Below, one piece after another: positions 1 through 8,626 of a DNA stretch of 64,000 bases. The DNA is taken from NCBI GenBank assembly GCA_035529395.1, contig DATKWT010000091.1:135-64134 (forward strand), in the 5' to 3' direction. Position numbers and translations under genes: made by a program. The notes below the pieces were generated by a model, which was given only the letters and a program-made list of their open reading frames with translations, ran no database searches and was not told the DNA's origin. The stretch is from Dehalococcoidales bacterium (GTDB lineage Bacteria; Chloroflexota; Dehalococcoidia; Dehalococcoidales; Fen-1064). Position 1 is the first letter of the stretch; every line of letters begins with the position of its first letter.

Positions 1-20
1 TCTGGGGGTGTCCCCCCAGA
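1..20. repeat. GC-rich hairpin at the window edge (8-bp stem TCTGGGGG/CCCCCAGA, 4-nt loop)
   Basis: Read directly from the sequence. It may extend beyond the window. Function unknown. Confidence 0.5.
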
Positions 21-31
21 TATAATCTTTC

Positions 32-55
32 CCCCCTTCCTGGCCAGGAAGGGGG
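32..55. repeat. Perfect 24-bp palindrome CCCCCTTCCTGG|CCAGGAAGGGGG
   Basis: Read directly from the sequence. It resembles in style the CTGG..CCAG-core hairpins at 13518-13550 and 21464-21484. Confidence 0.5.
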
Positions 56-360
56 ACAGGGGGATGGTCGAAAAGGTTTTTCATCATCCTGTTAGAGCCA
101 GTGTCATTGGCTAAATAACTATATATAGGAAGCACTACACTAGCTGGTATTTCTGCAATTGAGTATCACCTCTCGTTAGTAATAACTGCCTTCCAAGTAG
201 ACATAACTCTAAAAACAAATCACGCCTGGTTAGTCTCGAATTGTTTCTCCTATATTTTCTTTGTCTGGTTTATTGCCATTGAGGCTGTTTGTCACTAATG
301 TACTGGAAGAGTACAGGGTGATTGACAACAGGGCAGCCCCGAAAGTAACATGAAGTACGG

Positions 361-1524
361 ATGTTGTTACTGCTTCTGGCGATAAGGAACCTTACCCGCC
401 GTCGTGTGCGGACGATACTCACCGTTATGGGCGTGGCCATAGCCATATCCTTCACCGTGGGTATACTCAGCATCAGTGAAGGCTTCATGGCGTCCTTTGA
501 AAACTCCATGGCACAGCAAGGCACCGACATTATTATTGTCCCCAAGGAAGCCGAAGCATATCCCTATCCGGATGTCGCCGCGTTTGTTGGCAGCTTCTCA
601 GAGGAAACTTTGCGTGAGATAGAGCAATATGAGAACGTCAGGGCCGTGTACCCTGTCCTGACGGCGGTACCTATGACGATGCCGATGGATAAAATTGGGG
701 CTATTCCCATCTTGAATGGCGTTACTCCGGCGTATTTCAGCGATGTAGCACCCTATCTGCGGCTCAGCTCCGGGCGGCTGATAACGGGTGACGACCAGAA
801 TGTACTGGTAGCCGGTTCCGGAATAGCGGATGTGGCCGGTCTTGAGCTGGGCGGTACCATGGAAATCCGGGGCATTCCATTCGAGGTTGTCGGTATCCTC
901 GAACCCAGTGGCGGTATGGATGACGGCATGATCTTCACTCCTCTGGAACCCTTGCAGAAGGCTTATGACAAAGAAGGCCAGTTGACCTATGTCCCGGTGA
1001 AAGTGGACGATGTTGCCAGGGCGGAAGAAACCGCTGAAGGAATCAGCGAGAAGTGGCCCGGTGTTTCAGCCCAGACCATGACATCAGTGATTGATAAGCT
1101 GGTTGACTTGGTGGGGATTGTAAGAGCAGCCCACATGGGCATGTCAGCCGTTGCTCTCCTGATTGGCATCCTCTTTATTCTATCGACCATGCTGATGGCA
1201 GTCGGTGAGCGAGTGAGGGAAATCGGCACCATGAGGGCTATCGGCGCCCACCGGGGCTTCATCTTTCGGATGATAGTCATGGAATCACTGGCGACCAGCT
1301 TGATTGCCGGTGGTATTGGCTGCCTTGGAGGCTATCTGCTGTCACAGGGTATTACCTACGTTCTGTCCGAGTTCATGGGACTAACCTATTTTGCCCCCGT
1401 GGTTAATGCGCGTATATTTGGAATCGGCCTGGCGATAGCCCTTCTGGTCGGGATGCTTGCCGGCCTCTACCCGGCGTGGCGCATATCAAAAACGAACATA
1501 GTACAGGCGTTGCGATATGAGTGA
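361..1524 (+). CDS. ABC transporter permease, FtsX/MacB-LolCE type
   Basis: 387-aa ORF with an N-terminal TM helix, a large extracytoplasmic loop and a C-terminal multi-TM FtsX-like region. It overlaps the downstream ATPase gene by 8 nt. Confidence 0.8.
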   Translation: MLLLLLAIRNLTRRRVRTILTVMGVAIAISFTVGILSISEGFMASFENSMAQQGTDIIIVPKEAEAYPYPDVAAFVGSFSEETLREIEQYENVRAVYPVLTAVPMTMPMDKIGAIPILNGVTPAYFSDVAPYLRLSSGRLITGDDQNVLVAGSGIADVAGLELGGTMEIRGIPFEVVGILEPSGGMDDGMIFTPLEPLQKAYDKEGQLTYVPVKVDDVARAEETAEGISEKWPGVSAQTMTSVIDKLVDLVGIVRAAHMGMSAVALLIGILFILSTMLMAVGERVREIGTMRAIGAHRGFIFRMIVMESLATSLIAGGIGCLGGYLLSQGITYVLSEFMGLTYFAPVVNARIFGIGLAIALLVGMLAGLYPAWRISKTNIVQALRYE

Positions 1525-2209
1525 TATTATTGTTGAAACCAGGGACCTTTCCAGGGCGTTTCGTGTCGGTAGCCAGGAAATCATGGCCCTGGACAGCCTC
1601 AGCCTGCAGATAGCGAAGGGTGAATTCGTGGGCATTATGGGGCCGTCCGGTTCGGGTAAGACGACACTCCTTAACCTGCTTGGCTGTCTTGACCAACCGA
1701 GTAGCGGCAGTATAGTTTTCGAGGGGCAGGATATCTCAGGGTTAAACGAGCGTGAAATTGACGACCTGAGACTGAAGAGAATGGGATTTATCTTCCAGAC
1801 GTTTAACCTGATGCCAACCTTCACAGCCCTGGAAAACGTGGCTTTCCCGATGGAGATTGCCGGAATACCGCGTGATGAGCGGACAGAAAGAGCCCGGCAG
1901 CTCCTCAGGCAACTGGGCCTCATCGAGAGGATACACCATAAGCCACGAGAGCTCAGCGCAGGTGAGAATCAGCGAGTGGCAATAGCCAGGGCGCTGGCCA
2001 ACAATCCATCGGTCATCCTCGCTGACGAACCGACGGGGAATCTGGACTCCAGGACCACGGAAGAAATTTCTCAACTTCTCAGTGAACTTAACACGGAGTA
2101 CCAGGTGGCCATTATTCTGGTAACCCATGATGCCAGCGTTGCCCAGGCAGCCTCCAGGCGTCTGTGGATGATTGATGGCAGGCTGGACCACGATCCAGAC
2201 TCGCGGTAG
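1517..2209 (+). CDS. ABC transporter ATP-binding protein (MacB/LolD-like)
   Basis: Walker A GPSGSGKTT, signature LSAGENQRV, Walker B ILADEPTGNLD and an H-loop THD. Confidence 0.9.
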   Translation: MSDIIVETRDLSRAFRVGSQEIMALDSLSLQIAKGEFVGIMGPSGSGKTTLLNLLGCLDQPSSGSIVFEGQDISGLNEREIDDLRLKRMGFIFQTFNLMPTFTALENVAFPMEIAGIPRDERTERARQLLRQLGLIERIHHKPRELSAGENQRVAIARALANNPSVILADEPTGNLDSRTTEEISQLLSELNTEYQVAIILVTHDASVAQAASRRLWMIDGRLDHDPDSR

Positions 2210-2520
2210 TGCCGCCAGTTTGAACTAAGCCTCATCATACGGTGCCGGAAGGGCAGCACCCCAACCACTGTCAGTGTGCGAACCGCCAATCAGGTAAGAT
2301 TCGTCTTTGGGTGGGGTGTACTTCAACGGGAGCAAACGTTGCGACTACGAATACTGCTCAGCGATTCTAGTACCCCTTACTTCATCTCTGCACCTTCTAG
2401 ACTTGCAGTCAGAGGGCGGTCAGATTGAAGTCATGTCACATCTTGGAACTAGAGTCTGACCCTGTAGCAGGGGTTGTCAATACCCCAAATTGAGAGGACC
2501 CCTGCCCATGCGGAACGTAG

Positions 2521-3225
2521 TTACAACTTTGGAGGGGGAGGTGGTGTCTCTTCGTCTGGCTTAAGTGGCATTTCCTTCCAGGATTTCCACCACAGGATTC
2601 TCAGATGGCGGCCTTTGGCGTAGCGAATGTAACCTCTATTTTCAAACGCTCTTTGAGCCGTCAGGTTATTCGTGTCCCTTGCAGCTCGTATTAAAGTAAT
2701 TCCCCTCTCCATGAGAAATTGACATTTTTTGTAGGCAGAATTAGTGCTCAGTCCCATTCTCCTGTATTTTGGGATTGTCCGTTCACCGCCAGCACATGCT
2801 TCTTTCTTGTCGAAGTTGACTCGGTAGGGTATATCATTAAAGGTTTTCTTGGCTGACTCAGTGGTAGCCATCCAGGTTATATGTGCAAGCTCTCTCCTAA
2901 TGAAAAGGCACAAAGCTATCGCTCCCTTGTCCAATCTCTGGCGGTCATTGATATGATAGGAGCGGAAGTCCTCAAATTGAGTAGCCAGTTCATCGGCCTG
3001 CTCATTTGATGTCACAAAATGGTAAGTCAAATCCGGAATGTCAGGCACAAAGTCACTCGCATCTAGCCCTTCGCTCTCGAGTGAAAGCTCGCTAAGGTAG
3101 TACGTCTTATAGACGAAGATATAGTCTGCCAGGAATGCGAGCCCTCTTCTGAATAAGGCTGGGAATCCTTCAATTCGGGAAATAGTCTTCATGGTCCTAT
3201 ATAGCATGGTCAGTCTGTGTATCAT
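2521..3225 (-). CDS. Putative GNAT-family N-acetyltransferase
   Basis: 234-aa ORF. It has a motif-A-like YRRMGLS and a motif-B-like NLTAQRAFENRGY. A sampled 60-nt stretch is 42% GC, against about 60% in neighbouring genes. The exact start is uncertain (several Met near the N-terminus). Confidence 0.5.
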   Translation of the reverse strand: MIHRLTMLYRTMKTISRIEGFPALFRRGLAFLADYIFVYKTYYLSELSLESEGLDASDFVPDIPDLTYHFVTSNEQADELATQFEDFRSYHINDRQRLDKGAIALCLFIRRELAHITWMATTESAKKTFNDIPYRVNFDKKEACAGGERTIPKYRRMGLSTNSAYKKCQFLMERGITLIRAARDTNNLTAQRAFENRGYIRYAKGRHLRILWWKSWKEMPLKPDEETPPPPPKL

Positions 3226-3415
3226 CGCAGTCCTTCGATGTCTTCTCTTTACTCACGTTGAACGGCACGAACTGCCGCATTATCCAGTGCTTTCAGTACC
3301 CTTCTATTACTTCATTTACTTCATTGGCCTCCCAAACCAATATCTTGTTTTCAGGCCAGTTGCCTATGAGGTACGAAAGTTTAGTCCTTCACCGGGGGTC
3401 TGTCAATACGGCGAC

Positions 3416-3444
3416 TTGACATGCAGGCAAATCAGAGTTAGTAT
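3416..3444 (+). promoter_or_regulatory. Sigma-70-like promoter upstream of the DUF134 gene (TTGACA-17 nt-TAGTAT)
   Basis: -35 TTGACA at 3416-3421, 17-nt spacer, -10 TAGTAT at 3439-3444, 47 nt upstream of the ATG at 3491. Confidence 0.55.
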
Positions 3445-3446
3445 TG

Positions 3447-3466
3447 TTATGGGCATATGACCATAA
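3447..3466. promoter_or_regulatory. 20-bp near-perfect palindrome TTATGGGCATATGACCATAA (operator candidate)
   Basis: 9 of 10 positions pair. It starts 3 nt after the -10 hexamer, so it covers the expected transcription start. Confidence 0.45.
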
Positions 3467-3490
3467 GTCAACAAGGAGAACCAGCGGATA

Positions 3491-3982
3491 ATGGTAAGAA
3501 TGGGCAGGCCACCGCTCTGGCGTCGAGTTAACAACATACCTGATGTGCCCTACTTCAAACCGGCCGGGGTACCGCTGACCGCACTGGAAGAGGTACAGTT
3601 GTCGGTTGAGGAAGTAGAAGCAATTCGCCTGAAGGACCTTGAGCGTTTAGCACAAGAGGGTTGCGCTCAAAGGATGAGTGTCTCGCGTACCACCTTTGCT
3701 CGTATCCTGACTTCAGCCCGGCAGAAGATGGCTGATGCTTTACTCCATGGTAAGGCGATTAGAATTGATGGCGGTAATTTTCAATTGGCCCTGCAGCATT
3801 TCAGGTGCAATCGTGGCCATGAGTGGGATGTTCCGTTTGAAGTTATGGTAAATACGCCCCCACGGTTCTGCCCTGCCTGCAACACACAAAATATCCTGAG
3901 CACTCAGCTTCCGGGCCCGGGAAGAGGCAGGTCTGGCCGAGGAAGACGCCATAGAGGCGGGCGCAACTGGCAGGAGGTGTAG
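3491..3982 (+). CDS. DUF134-family putative DNA-binding protein with a C-terminal zinc ribbon and Arg/Gly-rich tail
   Basis: The N-terminal part matches the DUF134/UPF0251 pattern (GRPP..R....P....FKP.G....L..V.L..EE.EA.RL.D...L.Q...A..M.VSR.TF.R.L..AR.K.A.AL..G). Downstream lie C..GH..//..CPAC and the tail PGPGRGRSGRGRRHRGGR. Confidence 0.75.
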   Translation: MVRMGRPPLWRRVNNIPDVPYFKPAGVPLTALEEVQLSVEEVEAIRLKDLERLAQEGCAQRMSVSRTTFARILTSARQKMADALLHGKAIRIDGGNFQLALQHFRCNRGHEWDVPFEVMVNTPPRFCPACNTQNILSTQLPGPGRGRSGRGRRHRGGRNWQEV

Positions 3983-3983
3983 A

Positions 3984-4454
3984 GTGGAAACGCAGTTGGT
4001 ACCGGCCGAGAGCAACACAGGTGGGAAACCGAATGCTCGCAGCACAGAACAGCGCAGGATAATCCTGAGAATTATTCAACAGGCCGGTGGACACCTTGAT
4101 GCGGATGATATCTACCGCCTGGCCCGGAAAGACTTGCCTGTCATCAGTTTGTCTACCGTGTACCGTACCCTGCAATTATTCCGGAAATTAGGGCTAATTG
4201 AAGAGCATCAGTTCAGTGACATGCGGCGGCGTTATGAAAGTGTGCCCCGCGCGAAGCATCATCACCTGGTATGCCTGGGCTGCGGTCGGGTGCTTGAGTT
4301 CAACTGCCCATCGACGGAGCGATTGAAATCCAGGATAAGCCGGCAAGAAGGATTCGAGGTTACTGACGCCGAAGTACGTCTCGAGGGCTACTGTCCCGAA
4401 TGTAGAAGTCGCCTATCGGATAGAATGATTGATACTGAACAGGGCAATAAATAG
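3984..4454 (+). CDS. Fur-family metalloregulator (paralogue 1)
   Basis: Winged-helix segment SLSTVYRTLQLFRKLGLI, HHHLVCLGCG and a C-terminal CPEC (structural Zn site). GTG start lies 5 nt after GGAGGT. Fur, Zur and PerR cannot be told apart from sequence alone. Confidence 0.85.
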   Translation: METQLVPAESNTGGKPNARSTEQRRIILRIIQQAGGHLDADDIYRLARKDLPVISLSTVYRTLQLFRKLGLIEEHQFSDMRRRYESVPRAKHHHLVCLGCGRVLEFNCPSTERLKSRISRQEGFEVTDAEVRLEGYCPECRSRLSDRMIDTEQGNK

Positions 4455-4468
4455 AGGAGGTGAGCGAA

Positions 4469-4666
4469 ATGCCGTTTGAAATGGGACCTGCCGGATGGGC
4501 TTATACCTATCCATATGCTTACCGTCACTATATTCCATCACTCCTGGTATGGCCCTGGCGGGGTTACCGCGGTTGTGGCTGGGGTCGTGGCAGGGGCCGC
4601 GGATTTGGTCGGCGCTGGTTTGCCCGCAACTGGTACCCCGGTGGTAAATCTACATATGAGGTATGA
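4469..4666 (+). CDS. Small aromatic and Arg/Gly-rich protein (65 aa), function unknown
   Basis: AGGAGG lies 8 nt upstream of the ATG at 4469 (the ORF track starts at the GTG at 4460). It contains WRGYRGCGWGRGRGRGFGRRWFARNW. It is the first of a run of Gly/Arg-rich genes. Confidence 0.45.
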   Translation: MPFEMGPAGWAYTYPYAYRHYIPSLLVWPWRGYRGCGWGRGRGRGFGRRWFARNWYPGGKSTYEV

Positions 4667-4735
4667 ATGCCGAAAAGTAAACAGGACATTGTTTCGAAAA
4701 AGGTTTGAAGCGCTCAGAGAACAGGAGGTTGGAAA

Positions 4736-5083
4736 ATGCCTAATGGATTTGGTAGGGGGTTCGGCTTCGGAAGAGGCAGGGGGTTTGGCTTTAGAGGAAG
4801 CTCTCCCTCCTGGCCGTACGTTGGCAGGGGTAGAGGTGGACTGCCGAGGAGTGCCTACTTCATGGGCGGTGTCGGTATGCCACCGGCCTGGGACTACCCA
4901 CAGCCCCAATACATGGGGCCCCAATACATTGGGGCGCCATCTGCACCGGGCAATGTTCCCTTTTCGCCTCAGATGACCAGAGAAGAGGAACTCAGCTATC
5001 TACAGGACCAGGCAAAAGGAATAACGGAACAACTCGACGGGATTGAGACCAGGATGCGTGACCTGGAAAAAGAAAAGGAATAG
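4736..5083 (+). CDS. DUF5320-like Gly/Arg-rich protein with a C-terminal coiled coil
   Basis: AGGAGG precedes the ATG. N-terminus is MPNGFGRGFGFGRGRGFGFRG. It shares APGNVPFSP and the heptad tail EEELSYLQDQAKGITEQLDGIETRMRDLEKEKE with the next gene. Confidence 0.65.
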   Translation: MPNGFGRGFGFGRGRGFGFRGSSPSWPYVGRGRGGLPRSAYFMGGVGMPPAWDYPQPQYMGPQYIGAPSAPGNVPFSPQMTREEELSYLQDQAKGITEQLDGIETRMRDLEKEKE

Positions 5084-5135
5084 GACACCACTTATCACAA
5101 TATAGACTAAAACAGTTGGAAAAAGGAGGCGAACA

Positions 5136-5432
5136 ATGCCAGGATTTAACGGTACCGGCCCGAGGGGAATGGGGCCAATGACAGGCGGTGGACGGGGTTT
5201 TTGCAGTCCCTGGGGAAGAGGGGCTTATCAACGCGGGTATGGTGTTCCGCGGACGGCGTATGGTAATCCCTACTACGGGGCCTGGCCAGTTGCTCCCGGT
5301 AATGCACCCTTTGCTCCTGGTGTAGGCCGTGAGCAGGAGCTTGGTTTTCTGCAACAGCAAGCTCAGGTCATGAAGGAGCAGCTGGAGCAAATAGAGGTCA
5401 GAATACAAGAGATAGCAATCGAGAAGAAGTAA
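5136..5432 (+). CDS. DUF5320-family protein
   Basis: N-terminus MPGFNGTGPRGMGPMTGGGRGFC matches my recollection of the DUF5320 signature (MPRGDGTGP.G.GP.TGRG.G.C). C-terminal coiled coil is EQELGFLQQQAQVMKEQLEQIEVRIQE. AAGGAGG RBS. Confidence 0.7.
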   Translation: MPGFNGTGPRGMGPMTGGGRGFCSPWGRGAYQRGYGVPRTAYGNPYYGAWPVAPGNAPFAPGVGREQELGFLQQQAQVMKEQLEQIEVRIQEIAIEKK

Positions 5433-5441
5433 GGAGAGGTT

Positions 5442-6038
5442 ATGAAGATTGCGATTTCAGCAACAGAACCCACTCTCGAAGCCGAGGTAGACCCTCGCTT
5501 CGGGCGCTGTCAGCATTTCATTATTGCTGACTCTGAAACGATGGAGTTTGAAGCCGTCGATAATACCAGTGCTATGGCTTCAGGTGGGGCAGGAATCGCC
5601 ACTGCCCAGGTGATTTCCAGCAAGGGTGTACAGGCTGTGCTCACCGGTAATTGCGGTCCAAACGCTCATCAGGTGCTCTCGGCCGCCGGGATTCAGGTGA
5701 TTACCGGCGCATCCGGCAAGATAAAGGATGCTATTCAGGATTACGTGGCCGGTAAGTTCCAGGCTAGCTCACAGGCTAACGTGCCTGACCACGCCGGAAT
5801 GAATGCTGTTCCTGGCATACAATCTGGCGGAGGTTCCGGTATGGGCAGAGGCATGGGCATGGGCATGGGCCGTGGTATGGGTATGGGAGCCGGAATGCCA
5901 TCACCAGTCAACCAGACACCGCCGCCCCAGACACCGGAGCAAAACCTCAAGACACTCAGGGAACAGTCGCAAGCACTGGCACAACAGCTGGCTGAGATGC
6001 AGCGTAAGATTGAGGACATGGAAAAGAAAGAGAAATAA
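5442..6038 (+). CDS. NifX/NifB-like (dinitrogenase FeMo-cofactor-biosynthesis domain) protein fused to a (GM/GR) repeat and a DUF5320-type coiled coil
   Basis: The N-terminal ~105 aa carry DPRFGRC.HF, GGAG, VLTGNCGPNA and AGI.V, as in NifX-like carriers. The C-terminus is GGGSGMGRGMGMGMGRGMGMGAGM followed by PEQNLKTLREQSQALAQQLAEMQRKIEDMEKKEK. Confidence 0.8.
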   Translation: MKIAISATEPTLEAEVDPRFGRCQHFIIADSETMEFEAVDNTSAMASGGAGIATAQVISSKGVQAVLTGNCGPNAHQVLSAAGIQVITGASGKIKDAIQDYVAGKFQASSQANVPDHAGMNAVPGIQSGGGSGMGRGMGMGMGRGMGMGAGMPSPVNQTPPPQTPEQNLKTLREQSQALAQQLAEMQRKIEDMEKKEK

Positions 6039-6071
6039 GCAAACTCATTTAAACAAACGGGAGGTGCGATT

Positions 6072-6302
6072 ATGCCCAGAGGAGACGGAACCGGACCCCC
6101 TCAGGGTGGTGGTCCGGGTGCGGGGAGAGGTATGCCCGGAAGAAGCAGGGGTGCCGGGAGAATGGGGGGAACACGTGCCGGAGCCGGTCCTGATGGTGAG
6201 TGTGTCTGTCCGGGTTGTGGTGCCAGAGTATCACATCAGGTGGGTGGACCCTGTTACAATATGAGTTGCCCCAGATGTGGGACCAAGATGGTGAGAGCAT
6301 GA
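6072..6302 (+). CDS. DUF5320-like N-terminus fused to a 4-Cys zinc ribbon (76 aa)
   Basis: MPRGDGTGPPQGGGPGAGRGMPGRSRGAGRMGG followed by CVCPGCG..(17)..CPRCG. GGGAGG RBS. Its stop overlaps the next start (ATGA). Confidence 0.65.
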   Translation: MPRGDGTGPPQGGGPGAGRGMPGRSRGAGRMGGTRAGAGPDGECVCPGCGARVSHQVGGPCYNMSCPRCGTKMVRA

Positions 6303-7165
6303 TAATAGCGGTGGCCAGTGGCAAAGGGGGAACGGGCAAGACATTGGTGGCTACCAGTCTTGCCCTCTCCTTGGAAGACAGAGGGGGAGTACAGATCCTG
6401 GATTGTGATGTGGAGGAGCCTAATGCCCATGTCTTTCTAAAGCCACGATTTGACGGCAGCGAACCTGTCAGTATTCCGATACCCAGGGTAGATGAGGAAA
6501 AGTGCACACACTGTGGCAAATGTGCCGAGGTCTGTGCATTCAATGCCATTGCGGTACTCGGTCAGTACGTGATGGTCTTTCCCGAACTCTGTCACGGTTG
6601 CGGTGCCTGTAGCTACCTCTGCCCGGAAAATGCCATCACCGAGGAGTACAGAGAAATTGGCGTTGTCGAATGGGGGTATTCGGATGGCGTTGAGTTTGCC
6701 CACGGTAAACTCAACGTAGGCGAGGCTATGGCCCCGCCTGTGATTAAAAAGGTAAAACAACGTGCCAATCGTGATGGTTCGGTTATTCTTGATGTTCCCC
6801 CGGGCACATCCTGCCCGGTGGTGGAAGCAGTTGGGGACAGCGATTTCTGCATCCTGGTAACGGAACCTACTCCATTCGGACTTAATGACCTCATTCTGGC
6901 GGTAGAGACGGTGAGAGAACTTGGCGTACCGTGTGGGGTCGTACTAAATCGTGCCGGGGTAGGGGATAATAACGTTGAGCAATACTGCCAGCGGGAGAAT
7001 ATTCCGGTCATGCTTACTATCCCTTTGGATACGGATATCGCACGTCTTTATTCCAGAGGGGTAACTCTGGTTGAAGGGATGCCGGAGTGGAAGAAGGATT
7101 TCGTCGGGCTGTATAATCAGATTGGAGATATTGTAAGTGAAAGAACTGGTAGTCCTGAGCGGTAA
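6299..7165 (+). CDS. MinD/ParA-type P-loop ATPase with an inserted 2x[4Fe-4S] ferredoxin domain (copy 1)
   Basis: Start taken at MIIAVASGKGGTGKT (deviant Walker A), which is the ATGA overlap with the upstream stop. The track's 6200 start adds 33 aa that overlap the upstream gene. Cluster motifs are CTHCGKCAEVC and CHGCGACSYLCP. Confidence 0.85.
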   Translation: MIIAVASGKGGTGKTLVATSLALSLEDRGGVQILDCDVEEPNAHVFLKPRFDGSEPVSIPIPRVDEEKCTHCGKCAEVCAFNAIAVLGQYVMVFPELCHGCGACSYLCPENAITEEYREIGVVEWGYSDGVEFAHGKLNVGEAMAPPVIKKVKQRANRDGSVILDVPPGTSCPVVEAVGDSDFCILVTEPTPFGLNDLILAVETVRELGVPCGVVLNRAGVGDNNVEQYCQRENIPVMLTIPLDTDIARLYSRGVTLVEGMPEWKKDFVGLYNQIGDIVSERTGSPER

Positions 7166-7997
7166 AGGGGGAACGGGCAAGACCAGCATCGTCGGTTCCT
7201 TTGCCTCTCTGTCTAAGAGCAAGGTTCTCGTCGACTGCGATGTAGATGCTGCTGACCTTCACCTCATCCTGAACCCGACCGCACGGGATAAGCACGAGTT
7301 CTGGAGCGGACAGGTTGCCTTTATCGATAGAGAGAAGTGTAACGAGTGCGGCTTGTGCCAGGAGCTGTGTCGTTTCGATGCTATCAGGGATTTCAAGGTT
7401 AACCCCGTTTCCTGTGAAGGCTGTGGTTTCTGCTCTCACATATGCCCGGTGGAAGCCATAACCATGGAGGATAACCTGTCCGGACAGTGGTTTATCTCCG
7501 ATACCGGGTATGGTCCTCTGGTGCATGCCAGGCTGGGAATTGCCCAGGAAAACTCAGGGAAGCTGGTGGCTCATGTAAGGCAACAGGGCAGGAAACTTGC
7601 CGAAAAGGACGGGATAGATTACATTGTTAGTGATGGGCCGCCCGGTATTGGCTGTCCGGTAATCTCATCCCTGTCCGGAGCTGGCCTGGCTCTATTAGTA
7701 ACCGAGCCAACACTTTCGGGGATACATGACCTGGAGCGAGTAATCGGTGTCTGCCTTCACTTCGGTGTTCCGGTAATGGTGTGTATCAACAAGTACGACC
7801 TGAATGAAGATAACACCCACCGAATTGAAAGCTACTGTCTTGAACAGGGGCTGGAAATAGCCGGCAGGGTTTCATTTGATAATGCAGTTACGGAGTCAAT
7901 CGTACGGGGTATTCCTGTGGTGGAATATACCCGGGACAATGTCACGCACGAGATAGAATCGCTGTGGCGGTGCGTCAAGAACAAACTGGAAGGGTAG
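7137..7997 (+). CDS. MinD/ParA-type P-loop ATPase with an inserted 2x[4Fe-4S] ferredoxin domain (copy 2)
   Basis: VLSGKGGTGKT, CNECGLCQELC and CEGCGFCSHICP. It overlaps copy 1 by 29 nt. Confidence 0.85.
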   Translation: MKELVVLSGKGGTGKTSIVGSFASLSKSKVLVDCDVDAADLHLILNPTARDKHEFWSGQVAFIDREKCNECGLCQELCRFDAIRDFKVNPVSCEGCGFCSHICPVEAITMEDNLSGQWFISDTGYGPLVHARLGIAQENSGKLVAHVRQQGRKLAEKDGIDYIVSDGPPGIGCPVISSLSGAGLALLVTEPTLSGIHDLERVIGVCLHFGVPVMVCINKYDLNEDNTHRIESYCLEQGLEIAGRVSFDNAVTESIVRGIPVVEYTRDNVTHEIESLWRCVKNKLEG

Positions 7998-8013
7998 AAG
8001 GGGATAGTGTGCC

Positions 8014-8196
8014 ATGCCAATATACGAGTATGAATGCATGAAGTGCGGCCAGAAGTTCGAGCTCCGCCGGAGCATGGCCGACAGTGGCAAGGATACACAG
8101 TGTCCCAGGTGTGGGGCCGAGGACTCACGGCGTGTCTTCTCGGTATTTGCCACGGGTTCTTCGGTTGGTGCCTGCGCTCCAGGCGGTTCCACCTGA
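8014..8196 (+). CDS. FmdB-family (CxxC_CxxC_SSSS) zinc-ribbon protein
   Basis: MPIYEYECMKCG...CPRCG, the typical N-terminal signature of this family. Confidence 0.75.
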   Translation: MPIYEYECMKCGQKFELRRSMADSGKDTQCPRCGAEDSRRVFSVFATGSSVGACAPGGST

Positions 8197-8262
8197 AGCA
8201 TCAGCCAGTGAGGCAGGTTGTCTCACCCGGGATAAGGGAAGTCTGAAAGGAGGAATAAAGTC

Positions 8263-8499
8263 GTGCCGCTCTATGACTTTGAATGCCGGGATTGTGGTAG
8301 AGTATCAGAGGTGCTGCTTCGTATTTCCGGGCAGGTAGCTCATTGTTCTGAGTGTGGCAGTGCCAACGTGGAACGGCTTATCTCGGCATCATATATGATA
8401 AAGACGGATGTGTCAGGCCCGGGTACCACCTGCTGCGGACGGAGCGAGCGCTGTGAGGCGTCTCCTTGCTCCACCGGAGATGTGTGCCGCAGAGGTTGA
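8263..8499 (+). CDS. FmdB-family zinc-ribbon protein with a Cys-rich tail
   Basis: MPLYDFECRDCG...CSECG plus the C-terminus TTCCGRSERCEASPCSTGDVC. GTG start lies 8 nt after AGGAGG. Confidence 0.7.
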   Translation: MPLYDFECRDCGRVSEVLLRISGQVAHCSECGSANVERLISASYMIKTDVSGPGTTCCGRSERCEASPCSTGDVCRRG

Positions 8500-8626
8500 A
8501 GGAATGGTCCTGCTTAACCTTGACCCCGGGAATCCCGCGAGGGGAAACGGGTGGCAGTGAAAATACAGGTTAAACCGGAAAACCGGAACACGAGTTAATA
8601 TTGATTGGAAGAATTTGGAGGTGCCT

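Noticed and set aside
1-87. A minus-strand frame starting at the ATG-ATG at 87-82 (MMKNLFDHPPVPLPGQEGGKDYIWGDTPR...) runs off the left edge.
   Set aside because: It would have to encode two perfect GC-rich hairpins or palindromes, and it has no convincing RBS. Non-coding structured DNA is more likely. This cannot be resolved without upstream sequence.
2470-3409. A 14-15-nt direct repeat (GGGGT(C)TGTCAATAC at 2470-2483 and 3394-3409) flanks the AT-richer GNAT gene. This could suggest a cassette insertion.
   Set aside because: Several exact ~14-mers are expected by chance among all position pairs in 64 kb (roughly (6.4e4)^2/2 divided by 4^14). No integrase, TIR or att-like context is present. 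I keep only the observation that the gene is AT-richer.
4476-4976. A 166-aa ORF and its minus-strand partner 4538-4924, overlapping the Gly/Arg-rich genes in other frames.
   Set aside because: The alternative frames of GGN/CGN-rich DNA stay open by composition. The frames I called each have an AGGAGG-type site and paralogous C-terminal motifs.
5803-6264. ORFs 5803-6264(+) and 5741-6019(-) across the (GGCATG)n-like tract. I also considered whether the tract could be a CRISPR or a non-coding tandem repeat.
   Set aside because: The short repeat (~60 nt, 5 units of the 6-nt repeat) encodes the GMGRGMGMGMGRGMGMG segment of the NifX-like protein in frame. It has no spacer/repeat architecture.
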